A stretch of 64,000 bases of DNA from assembly GCF_001194135.2 (NCBI RefSeq), contig NC_068986.1, forward strand, positions 110,710,416 to 110,774,415, written 5' to 3'. The position numbers and the translations under genes are program-made. This DNA comes from Octopus bimaculoides. Its lineage: Eukaryota. A model generated the notes under the pieces. The model searched no databases. It had not been told where the DNA came from and saw nothing but the letters and a program-made list of their open reading frames with translations. Within the stretch, counting starts at the first letter, position 1. Each line of letters opens with the position of its first letter. Below are positions 38,705 through 52,676 of this stretch, one piece after another.

Positions 38705-38980
38705 CATAGAACGTGAGGTAGCGAGTTCGATTCCCGGACCGGCCTGTGTATTGCGTTCTTGAGCAAGACACTTTATTTTACGTTGCACCAACTCACTCAC
38801 CTCTGAAAATGAGTGGCGGAGTTAGCGGTGTCAAGATCTATCAGCCCCTTAGTTTTTCCCGTGGAGAGGTGTAGCTGGCATGGTTGGGTGACTGCTGGTC
38901 TTCCATACACATCTTTGCTCGGACTTGTACCTCTGAGGGGAACATTCCAGGTGGAATCCCATGGTCATTTAGGATCGAAG
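38705..38980 (+). mobile_element. tRNA-derived SINE with CORE-like segment, diverged
   Basis: B box GAGTTCGATTCCC, then CTTGAGCAAGACACTTTATTT. Flanked by (TA)n runs. Confidence 0.65.
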
Positions 38981-38985
38981 GAGTT

Positions 38986-39033
<48 letters not shown>

Positions 39034-39479
39034 TGCGGTAAAGTATACCACTACAATATCTAAAGACATAACAATGTAATTATAATAGAAATCACAAAAA
39101 ACTTTGTGAAATACATCTACACAGTGTTTCCTGACCGAAATATTAATTTTATCTTTTATTTACTTGTGTCATTACAATGCGGCCATTCTGGTGCACTGGT
39201 TTGAAAGACTTAGTCGGATACATATCATAATGCATTCCAGTGTTGGTTTATATAACGTACGATATTCCTAAGAGATTGGTTGTATTTACTGTGACGTTAT
39301 CTCCCCAGTGTTGCTCTCTGCCTTATTTCTAAATGCGCGTATTCGCTCAAATATCGACCACATTTTACTAAACCGTATTGTTCCTTTAACCAACTTCATA
39401 AATGGCGAAATTAATATTACACGAAGGATACCGAGGGTAGTTATATTTCGCAAAACCGTTTGTTATTTTTATTATCTCA

Positions 39480-40260
39480 TGTCATATATTTTTCGCCCAT
39501 TTATTCCTGGAAGGGTCGTGGGGACAGAATCCCCAGAACCGCATTCCATTGGATCTCCTATGCAGGCCCTTCCGATCTCCCGAATGTTTCGCAACCCTCT
39601 TTGCGATCTATTCCGCTTGGGTTTGCCACTAAAACCTGTTCAACGATTATTTCCTGGGATATACTTACTACGTCTCCTTAATATCGGACCTGTGATCTCT
39701 CAGTTCAGAGAAGTACTGGCTCCACATAGAGCATCCACTTCATCTCCGAGCTACGCATTTTATCGAATAACGTTATTTCTTAAGACCTTGCGGAGGTAAC
39801 TGATTTCTGCCATTTGTATTCGCATCGCATTTTCTCGGACACTGACCAAAATTAATGAACACAGATAAGAGCAGACTCGAACACCCAACAGAAGATAGTA
39901 AATTTGGCTTTTATACTTCACTCCCTTCTTCAGATGATCGAACACTAAAGCTAGTGATTGATTGCAGATGCCTTTGTAATACCTCCCTTCATTCGTGAAC
40001 ACGGCCCCAAGTTACCTGAACTTCTAAACCTGCTTCCGCCAAACTCCACTGACATGGAACATGTTTTGCAAGTTTTCTTGGAAAGAGAAGCGTTTCAGCT
40101 TTCGTGGCACTAAATTTTCAGCAGCAGATCTATCAAATGCATTCGCATGTCGGAGATCACTATCCGACAACTCGTCTAATATCATGTTGTCTGCCAATTC
40201 CAGCAGATCAATCCTACGCCCACGGTCTCGATTCCATTTCCAAAACGGTTGTTCATGTCA
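39480..40260 (-). mobile_element. 3' part of an RTE-clade LINE (decayed RT C-terminus)
   Basis: Minus frames give ADNMIL region, FR*LGAVFTNEGR, RIQMAEISYLRKV and GKPKRNR...GIR, typical of RTE ORF C-termini. Confidence 0.7.
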
Positions 40261-41032
40261 AAACTATCGATGAATTTCTAATGTGTTTGTGTATGTGTGT
40301 GGAGAGGATGGCTTTCTTTTTGTATGTGTCTTGACAACTAGCAATAGGTCGTTTAAAACACCACAAGTTAATAATCAAACTAAAACAAATAAAATATGTG
40401 GCAGATTTGAAATATGTACTGGGACGAATTATTTCGACTACATCTTACAAGGTGGTGCTCCAGCGTGGCCGTAATCCAGTAATTGCAACAGATAAACGAT
40501 AAAAGAACAGAGCGTACGATATACACGAAACATTTGCTCCCCGTCAGCTGAACCAGTTCCTTGGCGTGAGGGGCGTATACAGGACAGTAAACACTCGGCA
40601 GTTTGTAATGGCAACCATACCTGTCAGCACCCGGCGTCACTCGAACCTTCTTTCTCGTTGATATAATCTCCATCTTTTGTACCACTATATTACGTTATCT
40701 CAGCACTCTTACAGAAGGTTAAACTTTCAGTCTAAATCTATGTAAATTAATTCCACCATTGTTTCCAGTATGGACGGAACGTTTGGCACGTAGAATATTC
40801 TATTTAGGTTGAAGTTGATGAAAAGTCTAAGAAAAAGGTAAGTATTCACTTTTTCGTTACTTTATGCTGGCCAACAATTTCTGGACACTTGGCAATATGG
40901 CCGCTTCATCAGTCAACTGGACGTATTTATTTACACATGCAGCCACACGCATTCACACACACACAGATATGCAGACATATAATACTGCATGCGTATATAA
41001 TACTATATATGCATATGTGCGTGTATGCATGT

Positions 41033-41072
<40 letters not shown>

Positions 41073-41094
41073 TCTCTCTCTCTCTCTCTCTCTC

Positions 41095-41148
<54 letters not shown>

Positions 41149-41259
41149 TTCGAAACGAATGTAAGTGTGGTTTTTAATCGATAAGACAAGGTTCGATACT
41201 TCTCTCAGGAAACTCGCTTCACTTCTAGGAATCTTCATAAACTGGTCAGCCTTAATATC

Positions 41260-41291
<32 letters not shown>

Positions 41292-44015
41292 GGAACGTTC
41301 ACGTATATTTGTGTATATGTACGATCGGTTCTTTGTGCGCACGTTATACTTCAACTCCTTCATAGTTCACATAACTTTATCTTTTATGACATAAACCACA
41401 TGCACACACGCACCCATATGAAGAAGACATATACACACACGCACTCATACATACGTACATATATATACACATATTTATATACACATTTATATACACATAC
41501 ATACATACACATATATATAGTCGTGGACATATATACTTATGCGTTGAACCGTTTATGTTTGCAAGAATAAGCAACGCGAAAAGCTAACGAATATTGCAAG
41601 TAACATGCTTACATTAGCTTTATTGCATTGTGCATTCAGTGCATACTGTGCACTCACTGTGCATTGTGCATTCATTGCACGCTGCTTGACAATCCAACGT
41701 AGTAACATGACTATGTGGTCAACATGAAAGTTATTGTTGCAGGAGAATGCCTCCACATCAATGCAGATAGAACATTATTATCAATGTTACTGGTATCTCA
41801 TTCCATATCAATAATGCACTCACTAAGTCTACAAGTATATGCTTATTCAAATGTATGCAATGTGTGCGTGTGTTGGTGTGTGCATGTGTGTGTGTGTGTG
41901 TTGATGCCTACATTTTTTTATGTCAGTCTGAATATAAGTATTTATAAAAGTATCCATTTCTATACTCTCTTGCTATATATCTACGTGTCTATCTCTCACT
42001 CTGAGTCTCTCTCTGTCTCTGCCACCTCCCCTCTCTCTCTCCTTGTATACACATACACACATACACACATACATACATACATATCACTATATCAGTATTC
42101 TTTTTTTAGAAAAGGTGAATCTCGTTGGCAATAAAGCTATAAATAATAGCGTATAAATATTGGATTAAAGGCACCTACCATTTTTACATGAATTGTGAGA
42201 TCGAATCCCATGGCGTTCGTTCGAATTTATCTATCTAAATGATATTAAAGCAAGTTGTTAATTAAAAGTTTGGATTTGTGAATGCGCGAGGCTAGGCAGG
42301 ATTTTATTAGGTGCCTTAGGTCACAGAACAGTTCAGAGCTTGTAGATTGTTTGGCAATATAAGGCACGTTATAAAAAGCCACCTTGTCACACGTCTTCAC
42401 AACAAGAAACCATAAATTATCCTCATGTTTCTATGTGTATAATTTTGTAATTGTGTGTGTGAACCTTCGTTTATGAATATTATAAAAAGTAGTGGGTCTC
42501 AAACCGTTCTTTGAGAGGTTCTGTGACACCAAAATGTTCTGGCCCTCAGGAAATATTCAATTTGTTGCAGGAGTATTATGTGGACCACTTTTGACAGGAA
42601 AATTTTGCGGTCGACACTGTCAAAGACTTTGCCAAAGTGGAGGAGGACAGCATATCTGTTTGCTCCTTCGAAAACCTTCTATAAATCTTTTAGAATTATG
42701 TAGGAACGTTTTGAAGCTGTTTTTACCGTTACGAAAGTTATATTGGTTGAAATTTCGGATATAGCATCTATATAGATTTTTTAAAATATATATATATTTG
42801 ATCCCTCCAGCGTTTCGAATAGTTCATTGATAAGAGAGGTAAGTGGGAGCGGTAATAGAGAAGTGCAAATGACGTGACTATTTTTACAGAATGGGACGAT
42901 AGTTTGAGATGGAAAGAAATCCTGTCTATAGCCTGCTTGTAACGATTTTCTAATGGCGATAGATTTGCACCTAGCGGCTGCACAAATAGAGGCCGCCAGC
43001 TTGTTCTGTAGACCCCATATGGTGTAACATTTATAAACTATTCCCGTTATGTTATGTTGATACAGAGCATAACAGAAAAAAAATTGTCAACACTTTCATT
43101 CCAAATATTCTGTAGCGATGTCGTCTTTGAACTGCTACGGCAGTTTGTTGATTCGCAAAGTTCTTGAGGCATAAGATAAACAATATGTGTATTGACTGGA
43201 ATACTGATTGCAATCATCTATTCGTTTTTCGGGCAAATATTATCCCATACTATCATATAAGTGTAGCCTCATCTGGTGGTGCACAAACGAGTCAATTATT
43301 ACCTGCTTAAAATAGTAGCCAAATTTGTCTGAAGTAGAAATACTAATAAAAAAAAAAAATGAAAGGAATTTTAGCAAATACAATCCCAGAGCATTAAGGA
43401 AGGTGACATAATCACGGCTAGAATATTGTTGGGTTACAAATTTCTTGGATAATAGCTGATTTTAGAATCAGCAATATTATAAAACAAAACAAAAATGATG
43501 GCAAATATAAAAAGCAAAACAGGAACACAATAACCATGAGAACAACAGTAGCCTCAACAGGACGCAAAACATTAAACAAAACAACAAACACAAACAAAGC
43601 AAACACAACAAAACACTGCCTTAAGTGATCAGTGAAACTACGTATTTCCGATACAATAAAATTGTTGTAGAAAGGCTTTCCAACCGCAATATACCTGTCA
43701 TATATTTAAAATATTGTTTATATTCTGAACACCTTTATTTAATATGGTGTGTTTGTAAAATCATATGATTTTATTTGAACGAGATTCAATCGATTTTCCA
43801 ATAGTTTTTGAACTGAGGCCATGTCTGGGCATCGCCTTGTGAGTTTTAGTGGTAGAAATTCGAACCATTGTATGGTACTTTTGCCGAAACTATTAAGTTA
43901 GAGGAACGTAAGCTAACAGCGGTTGACAAGCGGTGGGACGATACAAACACACAGGCACACACACACATATGTGTGTGTGTGTGTATGTATATATATATAT
44001 ATATANNNNNNNNNN

Positions 44016-44062
<47 letters not shown>

Positions 44063-44219
44063 ACCCGTGACTATAATGCAAACACTTGCCTAATTGCACA
44101 AGGTACCACAAAGTGGAACTGAACACCAAACCACTTCGTTGCAAATCTAGCTTTATAGACAGATGCTGTGCCTGCACAGAAATAAAATTTTCACATATTT
44201 TTTAAAAAATAAAACATTC

Positions 44220-44385
44220 TTATTTCGTCTGTCTTCACATTCTGAGTTCAAATCCCGCTGAGGTCGACTTTGCCTTTCACGCTTTCGGGGTCGATAAATT
44301 AAGTACCAGTTTCGTATTGAGGTCGATCTCATCGACTAGCACCTTCCTCCAAAATTTCGGGCCTTGTGCCTAGAGTAGAATAAAA
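44220..44385 (+). mobile_element. SINE (GGTCGA-repeat family), 5'-truncated
   Basis: TTCTGAGTTCAAATCCCGCTGAGGTCGACTTTGCCTTTCAC...GGGTCGATAAATTAAGTACCAG...CCTAGAGTAGAA. Confidence 0.85.
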
Positions 44386-45184
44386 AGAATACATTCTAGA
44401 AAATAACAGAGAGAAAGCTACGAAGTAGTAGTGATTCAGAAAAAAAGAATGGAACACTTTTACCATTTTTCCTAGTTTGGATCTAGACAGTATTTAAGGG
44501 TAAGGAATAATGTAGGCTCCCTCTTTTTTTAAAATTCTATACCTACACTTCGTATTAAAATCAAACTGACCAGCATTTTTCATTCAATACTCAAAGCTGA
44601 TAGTAAAAGTAATACGTCAAATTTTTTCCCTCTAATTTTTGTTTACCATAAACGTCTTTGAAAATTATTGCTAAGACAGTTTTAAATTGTTTTGCTTCAC
44701 TTCACTTAATATTCTCTGGTGTTATTCTAAAGAAAAATCTGAAAAAATTAAAACAATAGTTTATTTATGCAGACACAGGCAACATTTTAACCGTCACCAA
44801 CTTTCATGCATTTTTATTTCATTTAAAGCGGTTAACACTCATGTCTTTACATTTTAATGCATATATTTCCATATGTAATGAATGCACAAAACTTTTTTTT
44901 CCGCTGTTTTATAATACCATTAACAATGGCTATTGCTTTCTAAGTGCAGACGACTTCTTTCTCCAAGTGGTTGCATGTTAGCATGCGGAAATGGAATTAT
45001 TGTTTTTATTAATTTTGAAAATTCTATGTACAGATGACATATTGATAGAAATGTTGGACTGTTGGACGTTTTGCTGATGTTATAAATAGCGACCCCCTCT
45101 TCAAATAGCAACTGTGGCCGGACCAGTGCCGGGGTAATTTTTCCATCGCTGTTAAATTAATACGTAACCTCAGTAGGTGTCGAA

Positions 45185-45530
45185 AGCATTGTATTTAGTG
45201 TGTTGCGTTCACGATCGAAATATCACAGTTTCTACTCACGAACAGCGTTGTGCCTTGAGCAAAACACTTCATTTCACTTCATTGCTCTGCTATTTCTTTC
45301 ACATCTGACACATAGCAAGCCATGCACACCTATACAGACAATGTCCATTTGATGGACTGTGTTGGCTAATGTTCAACACACATAATTCATCAATATAAAG
45401 AAACTATTTGTGCAGGTTTTTCAGCAGAATTTTATAGAAACTTCACCAGTCGCTTACGACGGTAGAGAAGACTTTTGGCATGTAGTTAAGAAGTTCGCTT
45501 CTTATCTACTTCGATATCCATCTACAACAC
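45185..45530 (+). mobile_element. Decayed SINE with CORE-like segment
   Basis: Degenerate tRNA-like head followed by CCTTGAGCAAAACACTTCATTTCAC. Confidence 0.4.
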
Positions 45531-45764
45531 TTTTCACAGGTGGTTTCTGTCACGGTCACCTGACGACCATGCGAGGGAAATTAAGAGCACAGAAAATGTG
45601 CGGGGATTTGGTTTGATTATACATCAAAGCCAGTTCAGGTTTCAATTACGTCTGTGAGTCCGTTTGCAGGTCACTCTGTAACAATAAATGTTTCATCGCT
45701 TTACGGAAACGAGTAACGCTTTCTTTAATGTGAAAGTGTTGAGTAACAATAAATATATTATTTC

Positions 45765-45905
45765 AGTTCTAAATTTAAAAGATGAGGAAATTATGTACAT
45801 TATTTACACACCCTCCAGCTTCATCACCTGATGAAAGCTGGAGGGTATATCAGCCGAAACGTTGTGTTAAGACAAATATCCGTCAAATGTAAATGATGTA
45901 AATGT
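45765..45905. mobile_element. Inverted (fold-back) fragment of a Penelope-like terminal repeat
   Basis: ACCCTCCAGCTTCATCA / TGATGAAAGCTGGAGGGT inverted pair around CC 45827-45828. ATGTACATTATTTACA mirrors TGTAAATGATGTAAAT. Contains a hammerhead core. Confidence 0.65.
45824..45868 (+). ncRNA. Minimal hammerhead ribozyme motif, slightly decayed
   Basis: CTGATGA 45828-45834, an extra A, stem II GCTG 45837-45840 with CAGC 45851-45854 (outer pair A.C mismatch), GAAA 45856-45859, palindromic ACGT stem III, GTT triplet 45861-45863, stem I CAC 45825-45827 with GTG 45864-45866. Confidence 0.6.
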
Positions 45906-46639
45906 TTCCTCGCTTAACGGAAACGAATAACGTTTTCGTTAATGTAAATGTGTTGACTAACAAATATATTTCTTCACTTTACGGAAACGAGTAACGTTTT
46001 CTTTAATGTAAAAGTGTTGACTAACAAATATATTTCATCGCTTTACGGAAACGAGTAACGTTTCCTTTAATGTAAAAGTGTTGAGTAACAATGAATATAT
46101 TTCCTCGCTCTGTGGAAACGAGTAACGTTTTCTATAAGGTAAATGTGCTGAATAACAATTTCCTCACTTTACGGAAACAAGTAACGTTTATTTAATGTAA
46201 AAGTGCTGAGTAATGCATTTAATAGATTAATCATCGTTGTTGCATTAAAATAAAAGCATGTTACTTAGTGTTTACACGAGAAATATTTTAGGAATGGGTC
46301 CCAATACATGATTATAATTACTAATATCTGTCCCCCATTGCTTCCATTCTCCAGACACAGAATTAGGGAGGTATTACTAGTTTTCATTTTACAAATTATT
46401 TCTTGGCAATTTTCTATGTTCAGTTTTGACAATAGTAATTGTACAATAGTAATTTGTTTCGCTATCGATAACCACAAAATTAGATTTTTATTGTTCTTGA
46501 CTGCAAAATTCAGGTAGAATTTGTATTAGCTATTTTCTTCAACTATTTCGTTTACAATGCTGCTAAATATTCGGAAATATTTGAAATCAACATTTTTTGA
46601 ATATGAATGTGAAAGATTTATTCGTTTTGTACATTATAA

Positions 46640-46677
<38 letters not shown>

Positions 46678-47749
46678 GGGAGATTTAAATTGTTTAATTT
46701 TTCTTGTTGTATTGTTTACACGTTGTAAAAGTCATTGTGTCGTCCTGTTTTTGTCTTTTATGTTGTTGTATGCCTCTTAATGTAATTTTATGTAAGCCCT
46801 TGCAGCCAATACGTGAATTTTTATTATTATTGTTAATGTTTTTGTTGCTGTATTTATTGTTTTTGATGTTGTGGCTGTTATTGTTTATGTTGCTGTTACC
46901 TGTTTGTTGACCATTGAAACAATTTCTTTGCTGTGAAATGCTACCGAAGTGAACTTTAGTCTTCATCGTTTCATGTTCGATAGATTCATCTAATTGGGGT
47001 GCTGCTAGGGACACTCTTCCTCTCATGTCAAACCTGCAAGTCTTGTGCTCAAAATTAGAAAAGCAAATCTATTATCAGGATTGTTCTTGTTGTTTTATCG
47101 CTCGTAAATATTTGTTTTGATGCTTTTAAAACTCTGTGTATTAAAAAAAGCATTTCTTTTGTATTGTTATTAAGTGATCATAAATATTCCCGACTTCTTT
47201 CCGCCCTTTCGAGACGAAATTTCTTAATTTTCTCTTGAACTTAGTCATCTAACAATTGAGAACATGACGTCGACATTTTCGACGGAGAAGGTAAAGCGTG
47301 TTTGAACACTGAATTTCACACTGAGTTCTCAATTTTAAGACAAAGCAGCAGAATCACCACAACCATTACCATTATTACAATCATCGTCATCACCATAACA
47401 ATTCCTGTAATAAGCAACAGTAAAAGTTATCAATGACAACGTTGACAAAAGCAAAGAACAGCGCTACATTTATATTATAATGAGAACGACGAAAGACAGT
47501 GAAAAACATACTATCAAAACTAGCAAAAAACCACATCCACTACCACCACTACAACAACTACCAACATCCAGCACCATCACCAACACCACCAACAAGAACA
47601 ACCACAACAGCAACAAACCCCACAATAACACTAACATTATTTATATGGCCAAAGCCACAGTTAGGAAACCAACTGTTAACGATTTGCTGATGCAGTTCAC
47701 ACACAAGACTCACTCAATCACCGAATGATCTGAAAGATTTCCCAAATTT

Positions 47750-50250
47750 TCTAACCAAAACTAGAAGTGTATCAGCGAGCAGGATTCACAGAGAAAGTCA
47801 TTTATATAAACGGACATGACTGAAGTCCAGAAAAGTGAAATAAAAGCGGTTCAAAACGAAATTGCGAAAGAGCAACAAAGCAATATGTTGCATCAAAGCA
47901 TACATAGAGTGAAGAATAAGATTCAACATGATAAACTTGAGATTTCGGACAGAAACTGAAATTAGGACGGATTTCATAACTCTAGTAAACGTTGAACTGA
48001 TCCTTATAGATTGAGAGTGGCAAAGATGGTTAAGTTGCCACAGGATAAATCTATCTTCTGGTTCGTTGCAACATTTTCGCTGGACATCGAAGAAAAATAA
48101 AATTGTATTGTGAACAAATTTGCTCGGATACAGTGATGGAGCTCTTCATGCAGGAAGATTAACATCCATGGAGACCATCTTAGATTTGAATACTCTGTTA
48201 GGTGACATGGTAGCGTTTGTGGTCGCTAAGTGCAGAAAGTCACATTGTCTATCATCCACTGATTTTTATCCACAGAAGATGAAAGGCAGAAGCTCTTTAC
48301 TGCAGCTGACGCCATGCCTCCCTACAGCTATAACATCAACAACATATGGAGAATCATAAAATAACATGAAATCACAAAAGCAACAATAGCAAAAACTACT
48401 GCAAAAGAAGCAATATAGTCAACATCAACTGGTAAATGTATATTTGTGGTCATATAACTTCCCGTTCGGATAACTCAGATGTGCCCTACATGGAGTAGGA
48501 AGGTGTAAAATGAAAGTGGAAACTATACCCTTAGGAAGGGAGAGAAAGAGGGAAGCGAGTATAGAATGCACTAACAAAAAAAAGGGCGTTTTGAAGTGGG
48601 GAGAATACTCGGTGGTGTAACGCCAGCACCAGATCAACTATCACACACAATATCAGTACAACCACATTCAATACATTAGTAAATGCAAACAACCCCATGT
48701 ATATCGAAACCCACAAAAACATGAGTATAAAATCTTATCTACGTGACCATAGATGCATACAAGGAATCCATGAAAAATATGCATAAACACATTACACACA
48801 GCGACTACACCACAACAACATATGTCGTAGCTACACACTCAACGAAACACACTTCACCGACAAGTTAGAAACTAAATTTACCCACCGAATGCGTTAATTC
48901 TTAGAGGGATAATTAACGAAAGGATCTTTAAGAATTTTATGATGAAACATATCTGGATCCCACAATATGGATAACTTTCCAGAATCAAGGAGTAAATAGG
49001 TGATGCTGCACCTAATCAGTAGCGATTGCCATATTTGCTATGCACCGACACGTGTGGTTTCGCTAGATTATCGTTGGCATCCAGATATTTTCGTTGGAAA
49101 TGTCTTGCTCTTTAGTGCTTGTGAGAGATTGATACGCCATTTTATGCAAGATGAGATTGTGAACGCGCGCAATGCCATCATAAATTTGTCCACCAATTTC
49201 CAACTGACTGAGAGGCACCATTCTCGTCTTCCCGATTTCGTCATTGTGGATATAGAGAAACTTCATCAACTCCACCAGATAGAATCTAGATAAGGTATCC
49301 TGTAGGCTAGTTGATACGGATAGCGAAGGTCATTCATAAGCTAAATTAGCGCCGTACTCAAATTTGTGGTCGGTAAAGTTGATCTAGAAAGGCATCATAA
49401 GCAGGGAGCCGGTTAGTGGAAGATGAACTTGGTCTTTCTGAGTACGCAAAACACAACGTATGAACCAAGTTACAATTCAGTCAATGATGTAGTATGATGA
49501 GCATATGATACTCGATCCGAAGCATATGTATTCGGCAGGGAATTACGTTCAGAGTCGGACCACAGGGTCCCCCCCTTTCCCCTTGCCTACATCGATAGCT
49601 TACAAGACCTGTCGACAATGAAGATGATGTGTTACAAAAAGCCGATGATGGCTACAATGTTACAGCAAACGATTGTTATCTGAAATAGATCCGAATATTC
49701 TAAGAATTCTTCGTATATATGTCGACAATACTAAGCAAGCGTGTCGCAGATAGCTACAATAATTGTGAGCCAAAGTGTGGTAGCATTTCTCAGAAAGGAC
49801 CCGAACAAGTTGTATCACAGAAAAATGTTTGTTCCATCACTGTACTTGATGCAGATTTCAAGATTTTAACCAAAGAGTTAACGAAAACTTTGGGGTTTGT
49901 GTTCGGTTTTGCACTTAGTGATGAGCCATCAGAAGGAGATCTATCAACAAACTTCACTTCAGGTAACACGTCATAGTATGGACGGGCAAGGAAAGTGTCG
50001 TGGACGTCGGTCTGATCAAATTAGTTACGTTGAAAGCGTTTCATGTGGTCGACCCCCTCTACTTGGTTGGAACCCTCACAGCAGCAGTTTTCAGGAACCT
50101 GATCGCCGCTATGTACAGCGATATCTATTTAGTGGATAGTGTGAATCGCTACCTATTGTTTCCGCTTAGCATTTCGCGCTCAGTCTATCGATTTTTTCTC
50201 AATGCGTTATTAAACGCAAGGGCTGGCTGCCAGACACGTTGAGCCTTTAT
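47750..50250 (+). mobile_element. Old, heavily decayed L1/Tx1-type LINE (ORF1, endonuclease and RT remnants)
   Basis: ORF1-like PYRLRVAKMVKLPQDKSIFWFVAT (48002-). APE C-terminal KFVVGKVDLERHHKQGAG*WKMN (about 49360-49430). RT-like ITVLDADFKILTKEL and LIKL..LKAFHVVD..YL...IAAMYSDI...VN..L..P.SISRSV (49830-50190). Confidence 0.65.
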
Positions 50251-51459
50251 TTTTGATATGTATTTCTTAGGATCCACAGCGCATCGGGGCAACTACGACA
50301 GTTCTTTAACTGGGACTTGTATTCACATAGACCCACGTGAACTTTTCTCAAATAATAAAATATGAATGTTACCCAGCGTACTACGATGAATTTCAGCTTA
50401 ATCGAGTTGTCATAACATAGATGAATAATATTTAAGGTGATGTATGTGTTTGATAATCTTTGCAGTGCAGAGTGAAAAATAATAACAAATCTCGGGCTAA
50501 AATACTGACAAGTTTATGACATAAAAAAAAAACCTTCAAAGAGTTTCGCTCCTAAGACCACACCTTGAATACAATCCATGAGAAATTTTTACACCATCTC
50601 AAGAATCATTTGTTGCAGAAAGAAAGAAAGAATCTATCTCACAATTTTCAAAATAGCCATTAAATGATAATTTCTTCTTCTTCTTCTTTCAAAAGTTTTC
50701 TGTTTCTATGACAACGACAAATTGCACCTGCATGTTTATAATGTGTATGCTGCATTCTCTCTTGGGAATATAAAATTATGTATACTAAATCAGATTTGTA
50801 TTGCTGTGAAGTTTAGTATTGTCTCTGGTGTTATTTTTATGCATTTCAACTCTTACACAGAATACAGGTACGTTTCAGAATTAATATTCTATGAAAATAA
50901 GATGGGCTTTTGTTGTTAGCTGATCTATTCCTAGTATTTTTATTGATATACAATAGCATTGATAACTTCCTCTTAGTATTCTCAAATGTCTAATATCTCA
51001 GAATATTATAATATACTAACGGAACATCCAAAAATACATTACGTCATTACATTTCATGTCACTCACAACGATGAACAAACAGGAAGTTTGTAGGAACATC
51101 GGTGAGAACTTGGTTACAACCATATTTTACCTGAATGACTGCATAAATAAGTTATAGCATAAACGGAACTAACCTATAGCACTACTGAGTTGTGATGAAA
51201 TTTGAAGCATATTTCAAAGCAGCTGGCAGTGTTTCAGGATGGCTGGAAGCAGGTTGACCATATTCATTTTTAGATACTCCCGATACATTCCAAATAAAGC
51301 TCAAATCAGCTGAAATACCAGATCAGCAAACCAGACATTAGTTCTATTCCTTTACAACTGATACCAAATTCCATGTATCAAATCCATATCCTACTGGAAT
51401 GCAAATTCTACATTATCAAAATATTAGTGAACGGGTGTATGTAGAAACTAAGAAATCAC

Positions 51460-52000
51460 TATAAAATTAAAGACCCGGTGAACAGAGGACCAAGCAATAC
51501 TTTAGAATGGCCTATCGTGGAGTCCCACTTTAAGATTTTAAGAAGGTTAGAGCAAACTGGGTTTTCGATAAACAAGGTCAGCTCGGTTTGATCTTGGAAG
51601 CTTAGGCAAATATTCAAAGATATCCTTCTCTTTATATGTTTAACATAAGCGAGACCAAGATCTCTGACACACGTGCAATCGTGCCTGTGTTCGATGGCCA
51701 TGTGGCATACACATCCCATGGTTTATCAGCATCAGGCGGCAGAGCTGTAGTGACATTTCGGAAATTCTTATATGTAGAAGTATGGCCAATCTCCTTGGTA
51801 CGGATGAACGGCAGGGAAGTAATTACCTTCAGATTAGTAGACATCTAAGCCCACACAGAGATAGGACGTATGGATTTCTTCAAAGGTGTGAATTTTCTGG
51901 GAGTATGTTGTGATCGCTAGCACTTGTGTTGGTGTATAATCGTATTTTAAATCCATTATGGGACTGTCGCATGCATGTGAAATAGCATAAAGAATCTTCG
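51460..52000 (-). mobile_element. Possible very old RTE-like RT remnant
   Basis: GC-richer block with weak RT-like motif echoes in broken frames. Confidence 0.25.
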
Positions 52001-52676
52001 CAGAGGCTTCCAACTTTCCTTTAGGAATCAATTAAATTTCCAGCTTCTTACTGTTGTTTCCTACTAAGAGCAAACAACGTATGTAATCCAGATCGTGCAT
52101 AAAGCTATGTTAAGCGAGTGGTTAGGGGCTGTCTGGGAAGTCCATACTTTAAACTGCAGGGTCGACTTAGAATATTTTGAGAGAGGAACCACAACCGGAA
52201 TTTGAGCCCATCTTTGTCAGCAAGGAGGTACAAAAAGACCCAGTTAGCGATTTACTAAAACGCCATACCAAACAAGAGAAGTGCCACCCATATTTTCTGA
52301 GTATCCGAATTCAAATCCAACTAAGGTCTCCTTTTTATTTCATCTTTATTTAGAATACAGTACCAGTAAGATTCTGGTGTAGATGTTACCGACTAAACCT
52401 CATCACCACAAATTTTAGGCTTCATTTTAAGAAGAATTAAATTTCCAGTGGTTTGAATCTTGTCGTGGTTAGATTTGCCTTTCGGCCTTAAGGAGGTAAT
52501 TAGGTGCTGAGGTCGAGATTTTTCAACTACCCTTCCCCTCAAAATCGTAAGCCTTGTGCCCCAATCAGAAACCGGTTTTATTGTTGTTGTTGCTGTTATT
52601 AGTTTCGGTGACGCCTTTGATCTGGAAACTGTTATATCAAAAGCTCATTATTACTTTTAATTATAATCAAAGTCCG

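Larger units (their letters stand above)
45690..46215. repeat. About 64-bp minisatellite (6 copies), interrupted after copy 1 by a Penelope-like fragment
   Basis: The (C/T)GGAAAC anchor occurs at 45704, 45918, 45982, 46046, 46113 and 46172, with periods 64, 64, 67 and 59 in the uninterrupted part. Confidence 0.95.

Noticed and set aside
42488-43010. hAT-like terminal motif AGTGGGTCTCAAAC
   Set aside because: There is no convincing matching right TIR or 8-bp TSD.
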